This document shows, piece after piece, positions 1 through 9,156 of a DNA stretch of 64,000 nt (position 1 is its first letter; every line of letters starts with the position of its first letter). The translations under genes were made by a program, and so were the position numbers. The stretch is from Candidatus Eiseniibacteriota bacterium (GTDB lineage Bacteria > Eisenbacteria > RBG-16-71-46 > CAZAMP01), in assembly GCA_965224245.1 (NCBI GenBank), contig OZ245046.1, positions 1,504,001 through 1,568,000 of the forward strand, in the 5' to 3' direction. The notes under the pieces are model-generated. The model saw only the letters and a list, made by a program, of their open reading frames with translations. It had not been told where the DNA came from and did not search any database.

Positions 1-1
1 G

Positions 2-2107
2 GCACACCTGTGCCGTGAAGAGGCCGATGCACAGACCGCGGCGGAGTCTCTGCGCCGGCAGCTGTACGACCGCGCCGAGGCGGAGAGCGCCGTCCTCACG
101 TTGAAGGCCCCACGGCCGGTCGCCGAGCAGCCGTCGGCCGTGCCCGACTCCGGCCTCGTGACCCACGCGCATCCGATGTCGGGCGACTCCGAACGGGGAG
201 GGTCCGTGACGGGCGTCCCGGGGCGACAGAGCGGTCAGATGGCCAGCCCATTCGTGTCGGGTACGCCGCACCCGAGCGGTCAGATGGTCAGCCCGTACGC
301 GGACCCGCCGCCGAGCAGCCAGGTGGCCGGCGCGGCGCCCGGCGCCGCGGATCGGGCCGGCAGCGGAGGGTCGGCCGGTCAGACGGGGTTCGATTTCCAG
401 AACGAGGTGCTGGGGGAGCTCTCGAGCTTCCTGGCGCACCTCGACGATCCGGCGGCCGCTGATTCGCCGCCAGCCCCGGCGCCCCGCTCGCCGGTGACGC
501 GGACCGACCCAGACGCGGCCGTCGAGCCGGCAGGAACGTCGGCCAGCGCCCCGGCGGCCGGCGCACGGTCGAGCCCCGAGTCCGATCGCGGTCCGGTCGA
601 AGCGACGCCGGACGCGACACGCGAGGGCGACGCACCGCCCGCATCGAGCATGCCGCTCGTCGACGTCGCGACCGCGGGCGCGACGGACACCGGATCGGGG
701 AGCCTCGGCTCTGCCGGCACTGACGAGGTCGATGCCTGGGCCGCCGACGGCGCCGAAGGCGATGCCCGCACTCCGGAGGCCGAGGAGGCGTGGAGTGCCG
801 AGGCCGACGCGTGGAGTGCGGAAGCCGGCAAGGCCGACGCGTGGAGCGCGGACGGCGATCCGTCCGGCGACTCCGGCGGCGGGGCCGCCGATGCCGTCGC
901 ATCCGACGCCAGGGCCTCGGGCCCGGGCACGACCGAGCTCGGCGGTGACGACGACCCGATCGCCGACGGCGATCCGGGATCTCCGATGGAGTCCGAGGCG
1001 GTGGCCGCGGCGGCACCGTCCCCGGAAGCGCCGGGCGAGGAGCGCGCGAAGCCCGAGGGTGGCGGCCGCTCGCGAGCGCGCACGTCATACGGGCTCGCCG
1101 CGCTGACGCTCCTCCTGGTCGCGATTCCGATCGCGTTCATCGTGCTCGATCTCCCGCTGCCGTGGGCGTCGTGGGGCGGCGCCGCGACCGGTGGCGGACG
1201 CCACGAGCGCGTCGAGTCGTCCTCCGACGCACGCGGTCCGGCGACCGGCGACCTTCCGAGCCCGGCTCCGGGTGGGGCCGAGTCCCTCGATCGCTACGGG
1301 ACATGGGGGGCGCTGGACTTCCTTGGCGGCGACGCCTCGCCCGAGATTCCGTTCGACAGCACGTCGATGGGACGCGACGGCGACGGACTCCTCCGCGACG
1401 CCGGCTCCATCGGCGATGACGGGTCACCGGCGATCGACCCGGCCGGAGCGGAGGATCCGTCCTCGCAGAGCACGTCGGCGAGCGGTGGAATGGGGGTGGG
1501 CGATCGCGCGTCCGCGCCGCCGCCCGCCGGCATGGGCCGCCTCGCCGTCGGGGCCCGCCGGTTCGTCGGCGACGGATTCGACGCGTCGCGGGGGGACTCG
1601 GTCTTCGTGGATCGCCAGTTCGCCGGCGTCACCCCGATCGAGCTGACGGTGGCTCCCGGCATGCACAGTGTGCGCGTCGGCGCCGATCTCGCCACGGCCA
1701 TCACGCGGATCGTGGACGTGCCCGAGGGCGCCTCCCGGACCGTTCGCGCCGACTTCGGAGTTGAGGCGCGCCTGACGCTCCGCCCGACGTCGTACCTGGA
1801 GGTGGAGGCGGGGCAGCCCCTGATGATGTCGGTGCTCGTGGACGAGGCCGATCATTCGAAGGCCGAGCGGCTGACCTGTCACTACCGCGTCCCGGGCGGC
1901 GAAGCGTTTCAGTCCCGGCCGATGACGCGTGCGCAGGATGGGTTCCCGTACTGGGTCGCGTCGCTCCCGGGCTCGGAGACGGCCACCGGGACCCTCGAGT
2001 ACTACTTCGCCGCGTCCGACGTGGACGGCGCCGAGATCGTCTCGGAGATCTTCGAGGCCTCGTTCGAGAATCCGAATCCCGATGCCCGGGCGGTGGCGAG
2101 GAACTGA
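2..2107 (+). CDS. 5'-truncated membrane-anchored PEGA-domain protein with a long acidic Ala/Pro/Gly-rich disordered region
   Basis: Frame is open from base 2 (AHLCREEADAQ...). Single TM (LAALTLLLVAIPIAFIVL), then a PEGA-like segment (SVFVDRQFAGVTPIELTVAPGMHSVRV) and a C-terminal beta-rich domain (LEYYFAASD). Confidence 0.7.
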   Translation, partial: AHLCREEADAQTAAESLRRQLYDRAEAESAVLTLKAPRPVAEQPSAVPDSGLVTHAHPMSGDSERGGSVTGVPGRQSGQMASPFVSGTPHPSGQMVSPYADPPPSSQVAGAAPGAADRAGSGGSAGQTGFDFQNEVLGELSSFLAHLDDPAAADSPPAPAPRSPVTRTDPDAAVEPAGTSASAPAAGARSSPESDRGPVEATPDATREGDAPPASSMPLVDVATAGATDTGSGSLGSAGTDEVDAWAADGAEGDARTPEAEEAWSAEADAWSAEAGKADAWSADGDPSGDSGGGAADAVASDARASGPGTTELGGDDDPIADGDPGSPMESEAVAAAAPSPEAPGEERAKPEGGGRSRARTSYGLAALTLLLVAIPIAFIVLDLPLPWASWGGAATGGGRHERVESSSDARGPATGDLPSPAPGGAESLDRYGTWGALDFLGGDASPEIPFDSTSMGRDGDGLLRDAGSIGDDGSPAIDPAGAEDPSSQSTSASGGMGVGDRASAPPPAGMGRLAVGARRFVGDGFDASRGDSVFVDRQFAGVTPIELTVAPGMHSVRVGADLATAITRIVDVPEGASRTVRADFGVEARLTLRPTSYLEVEAGQPLMMSVLVDEADHSKAERLTCHYRVPGGEAFQSRPMTRAQDGFPYWVASLPGSETATGTLEYYFAASDVDGAEIVSEIFEASFENPNPDARAVARN
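229..294 (+). repeat. 21-bp direct repeat, 45-nt period (SGQMASP / SGQMVSP)
   Basis: gagcggtcagatggccagccc (229-249) vs gagcggtcagatggtcagccc (274-294), one mismatch. Confidence 0.75.
730..852 (+). repeat. coding repeat (D/E)AW(S/A)A x4
   Basis: gcgtggag(t/c)gc at 788, 809 and 839, plus DAWAAD near 730. Confidence 0.7.
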
Positions 2108-2163
2108 GCCCCGCGGGCCGCGTCCCGGCCGTGCGGCGCCCCGCGAAAGAGATTCCGGCCCGA

Positions 2164-2192
2164 TTGACACCTCCCACACCACCGATTAGAGT
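2164..2192 (+). promoter_or_regulatory. sigma70-type promoter
   Basis: TTGACA (2164-2169), 17 nt, TAGAGT (2187-2192), upstream of the OM barrel gene. Confidence 0.65.
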
Positions 2193-2284
2193 CGTTACTC
2201 GGTGTCTTGCCGTGTCTTGGCGTAATCACGACACGTCCGACGGCAGACGACTCATCGCACGTGGACCCGAGGGAGGTTGCTGGG

Positions 2285-3271
2285 ATGGCGAGATATGCCC
2301 GGTGCGCAGCACTGGCCGGTCTCTTGGGGGTTGGGTTTGCGACGGCGGCCGTGGCCGAGGATCCCGAAGGAAACGTCTGGGTCTGGTTTCGACCCGGCGG
2401 CATCTACACCGACCTCGGCACTGGAAACGACTTCATCGACGCCGGGAACGAGATCTTCGAGGACCAGGGGTGGGCCACGCTCGACTCGTTCCACCTCACG
2501 TACGACGTGAGCGCCGAGGTCCATGCGAACATCACCGAACGGGTTACGGCGTACGGCGGGTATGGCTCGACGTTCGGGTCGGTCACGCAGAACTTCGACC
2601 GGGTCATCTCAGCCGAGGTGTCCGGCAACCCGATCACCGGCGGTGTCCTGTATCGCGTCCCGCTGCCCGACTCGTGGCGAGACGCGGTAGAGAACCTCGA
2701 CGTGTTCGCCGGTGCCGGCGTCGTGTACATGTCCAACTTCGAGTATCGCGTCCGAGACGAGGACCTGAAGACCGATCGCGAGTTCCTCGAGGAGCGGATC
2801 TTCTCGGGGGACGGGCTCGGGTTCGAGCTCCGTCTCAACGCCGAGTACTTTCTCAGCCCGAAGTTCACGATGATGGCGGGGTTCTCGTACCGGGCCCTCA
2901 CCGCGAGCGATCTCACGCACGAGGTACGCGTCTCGAACCCCAACGTCTTCAATCCGACCGAGGACGACGACGGCGACGGGATCCGCAACGATCGCGACCC
3001 CGACTACCTCGGGGAGAACCTGATCGAGGGCAGCGGGAACTTCCAGCGCATGTACGGGCGTCCGATCCCCGATCCGGAGAACGAGGGCGAGTTCATCTGG
3101 TCGCGTCCGGCGGATCGGTTCCTGGAGCCGTTCTACAAGTTCGACCCCGGGGCGTTCGCGAACGAGGCGGCGCCGGCGGCGCTACGCGGGATCTACGATC
3201 CGAGCGCGAAGTTCGACATGGAGCTCAGCGGCATCCAGCTGCGGATCGGTCTGAGCTACTACATCTTCTGA
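2285..3271 (+). CDS. outer-membrane beta-barrel protein with an acidic DxDGDG Ca-binding-like loop insertion
   Basis: ATG 2285 follows GGGAGG. Signal peptide MARYARCAALAGLLGVGFATAAVA, alternating beta strands, C-terminal BAM-type signal LRIGLSYYIF; contains DDDGDGIRNDRDPD. Confidence 0.7.
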   Translation: MARYARCAALAGLLGVGFATAAVAEDPEGNVWVWFRPGGIYTDLGTGNDFIDAGNEIFEDQGWATLDSFHLTYDVSAEVHANITERVTAYGGYGSTFGSVTQNFDRVISAEVSGNPITGGVLYRVPLPDSWRDAVENLDVFAGAGVVYMSNFEYRVRDEDLKTDREFLEERIFSGDGLGFELRLNAEYFLSPKFTMMAGFSYRALTASDLTHEVRVSNPNVFNPTEDDDGDGIRNDRDPDYLGENLIEGSGNFQRMYGRPIPDPENEGEFIWSRPADRFLEPFYKFDPGAFANEAAPAALRGIYDPSAKFDMELSGIQLRIGLSYYIF

Positions 3272-3292
3272 CGCGGGTGCTCGAGAGCGAGC

Positions 3293-3336
3293 CCTCCCGC
3301 AGACGTCCTCCCGTGCCGATCTCGCGCTGCGGGAGG
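3293..3336. terminator. inverted repeat between convergent genes (possible terminator)
   Basis: cctcccgcag (3293-3302) / ctgcgggagg (3327-3336), perfect 10-bp stem, no U-tract. Confidence 0.35.
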
Positions 3337-3345
3337 CGGCGTCCG

Positions 3346-4230
3346 TCAGTCGATCAGCACGTAGTTCCGGTACTCGCCGAGGCGCGTCCTGAGCACGTTG
3401 CGCTCGACCCAGGTCAAGACGCGGGTCGAGAGTCGATTGTGCTCGTGTTCGCGGCCGGATGGGCCGGGCGCGGGCAGCGTCCAGTCCTGGCCGGCGATGC
3501 GGTCGCGCATGACCGCAGGATGGGTGCCCTGGAACCGGGCGACGTGATCGAGGGGACCGTAGTCGAACGGGATCGTCGGGTCGGGATGCCGATCCGCGAC
3601 CCACTTCGCGTCGTGATGGAGCGAGTCCAGCGCGATCGTCTTGCGTTTCATCAGGTGTGGCGGGCGCACCCAGCCGTAGTGAAACACGCGGGCGCCCGAG
3701 CGGATCACGTTGAGCTTGCGTTCGTCGATCCGGAAGCCCTGAGCGCTCTTCCAGGAGCGCACGCCGATGCCGCCCCGGACCATACGCACCTCGTGGCGGT
3801 ACCAGTTCCGGGCGGTCTGATACGTGTCGTAGGTGGCCCAGAAATGGAGATAGTCGAACAGCAGCCCCTCGACCTCGGGGCGGTCCCGGGCGTCGCGTGC
3901 GGTCCGGAGGATCGCGTCGTAGTCGTCCTCGTGGAGCACCTCGTCGGCCTGCAGGTAGATGCACCAGTCCCCCGAACAGGCGTCGAGCGCGATGTTCGTC
4001 TGGACGGCGTTGATGGCGCCGTGCACGAAGTGCTTCTGGTCCCACTCGGTTTCGATGACGCGGATCTTGGGGTCACCGATGGCCCGGATGCGCTCGAGGG
4101 TGTCGTCGTCGCTCTCGCCGACGGCGATCACGAACTCGTCCACGATGGGCAGGGCGGAGCGGATGGCCTCGGCGATGGGGTAGTAGAGGCTCACCGCGTT
4201 GCGGCAGAACGAGAAACCGGAAACCTTCAT
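3346..4230 (-). CDS. glycosyltransferase family 2
   Basis: MKVSGFSFCRNA...DEFVIAVGESDDDT; WCIYLQADEVLHE motif; FHYGWVRPP. Confidence 0.85.
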   Translation of the reverse strand: MKVSGFSFCRNAVSLYYPIAEAIRSALPIVDEFVIAVGESDDDTLERIRAIGDPKIRVIETEWDQKHFVHGAINAVQTNIALDACSGDWCIYLQADEVLHEDDYDAILRTARDARDRPEVEGLLFDYLHFWATYDTYQTARNWYRHEVRMVRGGIGVRSWKSAQGFRIDERKLNVIRSGARVFHYGWVRPPHLMKRKTIALDSLHHDAKWVADRHPDPTIPFDYGPLDHVARFQGTHPAVMRDRIAGQDWTLPAPGPSGREHEHNRLSTRVLTWVERNVLRTRLGEYRNYVLID

Positions 4231-4457
4231 GTGGACCCGCGTGTCACTTTAGTGTGTTGATTTCTCTAGGAGTTCCGATAGCCGACGATTATAAGAGGGG
4301 GCTGCCGAGATGCAAGCCGGCACTCCCCTTTCGACGCCGCGCGCCCAGGCGCGCGGTCTCCGGCCCGGCTTCGAGCGCCTCGGGCGCTCGCGATCCCCGA
4401 GGCCGCGCCGGAGCCTGAACCGCCAACATCGCGCACCGCGCGACGAGGAGCCTCCAC

Positions 4458-6293
4458 ATGCGTCCAGCCACGTCGAGCCCCCGGTTCGGAGCGCGATGCC
4501 TCGCGGGCCTGGCGGCCAGCCTGTTGTGCGCCGCCTCCTCGGCCATCGCCGACACCGACCTGGACCCGGCGAAGTTCATGACCGTCGACGAGATCCGTCC
4601 CGGGATGCACGGGACCGGCGTGTCGGTGTTCTCCGGTCGTGGGCGGCAGAGCTTCGACGTCGAGGTCATCGACGTGCTCCGGCAGCACGGTCCCCGCCGG
4701 AACCTGATCCTGGCCGAGCTGACCGGCGACGTGGTCAGCGAGGCCGGCATCATCGCCGGGATGAGCGGGAGCCCCGTCTACATCGACGACCGGCTGATCG
4801 GGGCGGTCGCGTACGGCTGGTCGTTCGCCAAGCGTCCGATCGCCGGCATCACGCCGATCGAGGAGATGCTCGAGGTCATGCGCATGCCCGATCCTCCCGA
4901 GCCTCCGGTCTCGGCCGGCCTCGAGTACGACCGGCCGATGCCGCCCGACCTGGCCGACGCCGGGCTGCCCGGCGCGCCGGCCGTGGGGGCCGGGTCGCGC
5001 CGGTCGGTGTCGAGCCGCTACGGGGATCTCGTGCCGTTGCGGATGCCGTTGGTGGTCAGCGGCGTGGCCGAGCCCGGGGTGGACATGCTGGCGTCGTTCT
5101 TCTCGCCCTTGGGCGTGGACGTCGTGCAGGGGGTCGGAGGGTCGGTCAGTGCCGAGGGGGCCGCGACCACGATGGGGCCGGGCGACCCGGTCGCCATCCC
5201 GCTGGTTCGCGGCGACGCGTCGATCGCGGTGTTCGGGACCATCACCTACTCCGACGGCGACCGACTGGTCGCGTTCGGGCATCCGGTCTTCCACACCGGC
5301 GGCCAGCGCCTGCCGATGGCCGGCGGGCACGTGGTCGGCGTTCTACCCAGCCAGCTCCAGTCCTTCAAGTTCTCCAGCGCGGCCGAGCCGGTGGGCTACA
5401 TCTTCTCGGATCAGACCCCCGGCGCGGTGGGGCGGATCGGCGAGCCGCCGTCGATGCTGCCGGTCTCCCTGGTGATCGACGGGCCCACCGGCGAGCAGGC
5501 CTTCGCATACGAGGTCGTGCGCGACCGCTTCCTGACCGTCCCCATGATCCAGGCGCTCGCGTCCAACACGATGACGTCGCGCATCTATCGCTCGGGCATG
5601 GGAACGCTGCGCACCGACGTCACGGTGACGCTCGCCGACGGCCAGGTCATCCAGCACCGCGACGTGCTCGCGACGATCAATCCGCCCGACAACGTCGGCG
5701 TCATGGCCGCGAGCCCGGTCTCGATGCTCCTGAACAATCCGTTCGTCGAGCCGTCGATCGAGAAGGTCGATCTCAGGGTCACGCTGGACCAGGACGTCGA
5801 CATCGTGATGATCGAAGAGGTCTCGGTGAACGATCCGTGGGTTCCCGGTCAGATCGGTCGCGTGTACGTGCGGATGCGCGCGTACCGGGGCGACATGATC
5901 GAGCGCGTGATCGAGCTCCCGGTTCCCGAGTCGATGCCGGAAGGGAGCGCGCTGGTGAAGGTGTGCGACCGCGTCTCACTCGATGCGTGGGACCGCGAAC
6001 GAGCGCCCGACAAGTACCGCGCCCGCAACCTGCGCCAGTTCGTCAAGAGCATCCAGGAGCAGCCGGCCCACAACGAGCTCGAGGCGCGTCTGTTCGCCGC
6101 GGGGGCCGCGCTGGTGGTCCAGGGCCACGAGATGCCCGATCTGCCGCCGTCGGTCGCGGCCACGCTGGCGCGAACGAGCTCGAGCGGCGACCGCGCGTTC
6201 GCCGACGGCGTCGAGATGGCGTCCGTCGTTTTGTCTCTCGATCAGCACGTCGTTGGCTGTCACACGCTGTCGGTGGAGGTCGAAAAGCGATGA
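4458..6293 (+). CDS. secreted SpoIVB-like peptidase S55 domain protein
   Basis: Signal peptide; IIAGMSGSPVYIDDRLIGAV (catalytic Ser motif); GTITY...LVAFGHP (His motif). Confidence 0.85.
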   Translation: MRPATSSPRFGARCLAGLAASLLCAASSAIADTDLDPAKFMTVDEIRPGMHGTGVSVFSGRGRQSFDVEVIDVLRQHGPRRNLILAELTGDVVSEAGIIAGMSGSPVYIDDRLIGAVAYGWSFAKRPIAGITPIEEMLEVMRMPDPPEPPVSAGLEYDRPMPPDLADAGLPGAPAVGAGSRRSVSSRYGDLVPLRMPLVVSGVAEPGVDMLASFFSPLGVDVVQGVGGSVSAEGAATTMGPGDPVAIPLVRGDASIAVFGTITYSDGDRLVAFGHPVFHTGGQRLPMAGGHVVGVLPSQLQSFKFSSAAEPVGYIFSDQTPGAVGRIGEPPSMLPVSLVIDGPTGEQAFAYEVVRDRFLTVPMIQALASNTMTSRIYRSGMGTLRTDVTVTLADGQVIQHRDVLATINPPDNVGVMAASPVSMLLNNPFVEPSIEKVDLRVTLDQDVDIVMIEEVSVNDPWVPGQIGRVYVRMRAYRGDMIERVIELPVPESMPEGSALVKVCDRVSLDAWDRERAPDKYRARNLRQFVKSIQEQPAHNELEARLFAAGAALVVQGHEMPDLPPSVAATLARTSSSGDRAFADGVEMASVVLSLDQHVVGCHTLSVEVEKR

Positions 6294-8362
6294 AGCGTTT
6301 CTCGCTGATGGGCGCTCTGTGCGCCATCGGAGTCGGATCCCTGGCGGCCTCGACGAGCGCCGTCGAGACGCGCTTCTGGAGCGTCGATTCTCAGGGCGCG
6401 TTCGAGGAGGGCGATCTGGACGGCGTGTCCGTGAACGCCGACGGCTACCTCACGCTCGCGCCGTCCAAGCGGCTCGTGCACGACGGCGAGGACGTCTACT
6501 TCTGGAAGATGACCACCGGCGCCGACGGCACCGTCTACGCCGGCACCGGGGACGATGGCCGCGTCTACGCGATCGACGGCGACGACGCGCGGGTCATCGC
6601 GGATCTCGAGGTGGTCGAGGTCATGGCCGTCGCCGTCGCCGAGGACGGCACGGTCTACGCCGCCGGCACGCCGGGCGGTGTCGTGTACGCGATCACGGAC
6701 GACGGCACGGTCTCCGAGTTCGTCGACACCGAGCAGGGGGTGGTCTGGGATCTCGCGGTCGCGCCGGACGGCTCGCTCCTCATCGCGTGCGGGGAGACCG
6801 GCCTCCTGCTTCGCGCGGAAGGATCCGATCAGACCGACGTCGTCTACGAGGCCACCGACCCCCACGTGATGTGCGTGGTGCCCGAGGACGCCGGCACGTA
6901 TCTCCTGGGCACCGCCGGCGACGGCCTGGTCTGTCGGGTGTCCCGCGACGGAGACACGACCGTCCTCTACGACGCCGAGGAGGAGGAGATCCGCGCCATC
7001 GTCTCGCACGACGGCGAGATCTACGTCGCCGTGAACGTCGCGCCCGCATCGGGCGACGAGGACACCGAGCCCGCGGTGTACGCGCTCGGCGGCTACGGAA
7101 GCGCGCGCCGCCTCTGGAGCGCGGACGCCGACTTCATCTTCGATCTCGACGTCACCGACGACGGCATGCTCGTCGTGGCCACCGGCGAGCATGCGGGGCT
7201 GTACGAGCTCGATCCACGCCGCCGGGACACGGCGCGGCTCCTCGCGTTCGACGAGGGCAGCGTGCTGTCGTTCGTTCGCCGGGGCGACGAGCTTCTGGCC
7301 GGCACCGGCGACCCCGCGCGCTTGTTCGCCATCGGTGGAGACCTCGCCGAGACCGGCACCGTGATCAGCGACGTCCGGGACGCCGGCGCCGAGGCCACCT
7401 GGAGCCGCATCCGCTGGACCGGCAGCACACCCGGCGGCACGTCGGTCTCGTTCGCCACGCGTACCGGCAATCGCGGCACCCCCGACCGCACGTGGTCGGA
7501 CTGGCGCGAGGCCGTCGACGAGGACCGCGCCTTCCGGATCACCAGTCCGGCGGCGCGATACCTCCAGTGGCGCGTCACGCTCGACGGAGACGGCTCGCGC
7601 ACGCCCGAGGTCACCAGCGTGACGACGTCCTACCGCGAGCGCAACCTGTCGCCGATCGTCCACGCCATCGACGTCAGCCGCAAGGGATCCGATCTCTTCG
7701 CCGACGCCGAGAGCCGGACGCGGTCGGTGCGACGCCGGCTACCCGGAGGCATCGAGGTGGACTACTCGCTGCCGTACGACGGCGCGGGGCGCCCGGTCTC
7801 GCCGGTCGACGCCGACTGGGCCATCGGGCTCCGATCGGTGTCGTGGGTGGCGTCCGATCCCAACGGCGACGAGATGCGCTTCGATCTGCACTACCGCCCG
7901 GTGGAGAGCGAGCGGTGGCTGGTGCTGGCCGAGGACGTGGACGACCTCGTGTACACGTGGGATGCGTCGTCGTTCCCGGACGGCGACTACGAGGTGCGCG
8001 TCACGGCCTCCGACGAGCCCGGCAACCCGGACGGCGCGCTCACCGACATGCGCACGAGCGAGGCGTTCGAGATCGACAACACGCCTCCGGACATCCGGAC
8101 GCTCAGCGCCCGGCTGGAGGCGGCTCGGATCCGCGTGGAGGCCGAAGCGCGCGACGAACGCAGCGCCATCGTTCGGGCCGACGTCTCGATCGATGGCCGG
8201 GAGTGGCAGCCTGCGCGACCCGAGACGGGGCTGCTCGACGCTCGCGGTCTCGACCTCGAGTTCGCCCTCGACGCGGGCGATCGTCAGAAGGGCGACCCGA
8301 TCGTGCTCCGACTGATCGACGAGGCCGGCAACAAGGTGGTCGAACGCACGTTCCTGAAGTAG
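6290..8362 (+). CDS. secreted beta-propeller protein with C-terminal FN3/Ig-like domains
   Basis: ATGA overlap with the S55 stop. Signal peptide MKRFSLMGALCAIGVG; repeated blades (DGTVYAGTGDDGRVY, DGTVYAAGTPGGVVY); SPAARYLQWRV; PDGDYEVRVTASD, IDNTPP. Confidence 0.8.
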   Translation: MKRFSLMGALCAIGVGSLAASTSAVETRFWSVDSQGAFEEGDLDGVSVNADGYLTLAPSKRLVHDGEDVYFWKMTTGADGTVYAGTGDDGRVYAIDGDDARVIADLEVVEVMAVAVAEDGTVYAAGTPGGVVYAITDDGTVSEFVDTEQGVVWDLAVAPDGSLLIACGETGLLLRAEGSDQTDVVYEATDPHVMCVVPEDAGTYLLGTAGDGLVCRVSRDGDTTVLYDAEEEEIRAIVSHDGEIYVAVNVAPASGDEDTEPAVYALGGYGSARRLWSADADFIFDLDVTDDGMLVVATGEHAGLYELDPRRRDTARLLAFDEGSVLSFVRRGDELLAGTGDPARLFAIGGDLAETGTVISDVRDAGAEATWSRIRWTGSTPGGTSVSFATRTGNRGTPDRTWSDWREAVDEDRAFRITSPAARYLQWRVTLDGDGSRTPEVTSVTTSYRERNLSPIVHAIDVSRKGSDLFADAESRTRSVRRRLPGGIEVDYSLPYDGAGRPVSPVDADWAIGLRSVSWVASDPNGDEMRFDLHYRPVESERWLVLAEDVDDLVYTWDASSFPDGDYEVRVTASDEPGNPDGALTDMRTSEAFEIDNTPPDIRTLSARLEAARIRVEAEARDERSAIVRADVSIDGREWQPARPETGLLDARGLDLEFALDAGDRQKGDPIVLRLIDEAGNKVVERTFLK

Positions 8363-8397
8363 ATCGGTAGAACGCCCGAGTCCCCAGGAGTGTTCCG

Positions 8398-9102
8398 ATG
8401 CGCACGCTCTCACGCTCGAGCCGGGTCGTGATCCTCGCGATCGTGTCGTCGTGCGTGTCGGTCGGCGGACGGGCGGTCGCGCTCGACCTCTACGCGCCGT
8501 TCGTGCGCTTCGAGAGCGGCGAGTCGGCACGGCTGTCGCTCTCCGACGAGTCCGGGCAGGGCTCGCTGGTGCGGATCCACCTGATCGACATGGACGGGGA
8601 GCGCATCACGTACGGCGGACATCCGGTGACGATCAGTCGCGCCGTACCACCAGGAGAGGCGCTCGAGGTCGATCTGGCGCGGTTCTGGTCGCACGCATTC
8701 GCGGGCAGCCTCAGGCTGGATTGTCGGGGACGGGTGGCCGCGCGGCTGAGCCTGCCCTCGGCCGGCTACGAGCTCGGAGAAGCCAGCGCGGCCGGTGAGC
8801 AGCGCTTCACGCGGCAAGGCGGCGCACCCGACGCCGAGCTCCTGGTCGCGGTGGTCAACGCCACCGACGACGCGGAGTCGGAGATCGAGATCCAGCGCGC
8901 GCCATCCGACGGCGGGGACCGTCGATCGCTCTCGACGTCCAAGCTGTCCCCGCGTGCCGCGCTGCACGCGCGCGTGTCGGCGAGCCTGGCGCCGGACGAC
9001 GACGTCCTCCTGACGTCCAGCACCGCGATCGCGGCCATCCTGCTCGAGCGCCCACCGTCGGCCAAGGATGGGCGCTGGTCGCTGATCCGTCGGTCTCGCT
9101 GA
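8398..9102 (+). CDS. hypothetical secreted protein
   Basis: AGGAG RBS, signal-peptide-like N-terminus, co-directional with the upstream operon; no family recognised. Confidence 0.55.
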   Translation: MRTLSRSSRVVILAIVSSCVSVGGRAVALDLYAPFVRFESGESARLSLSDESGQGSLVRIHLIDMDGERITYGGHPVTISRAVPPGEALEVDLARFWSHAFAGSLRLDCRGRVAARLSLPSAGYELGEASAAGEQRFTRQGGAPDAELLVAVVNATDDAESEIEIQRAPSDGGDRRSLSTSKLSPRAALHARVSASLAPDDDVLLTSSTAIAAILLERPPSAKDGRWSLIRRSR

Positions 9103-9156
9103 GTCGATGCGAACGAGGCATGCGGCCCGCGGGCTCCGGAGCGAGCGCGCGCGTCC

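Noticed and set aside
2131-4260. Long alternative-frame and antisense ORFs throughout (e.g. 2131..4260, 37623..39932, 49554..52298, 61618..63948)
   Set aside because: Expected from high GC and few stop codons; Arg/Pro-rich, no motifs, and they overlap well-supported genes.
4310-6289. 1350-aa ORF 4310..8362 as one protein
   Set aside because: The first 660 aa are an Arg-rich shadow frame of the S55 gene; the real gene starts at ATG 6290 with a signal peptide.
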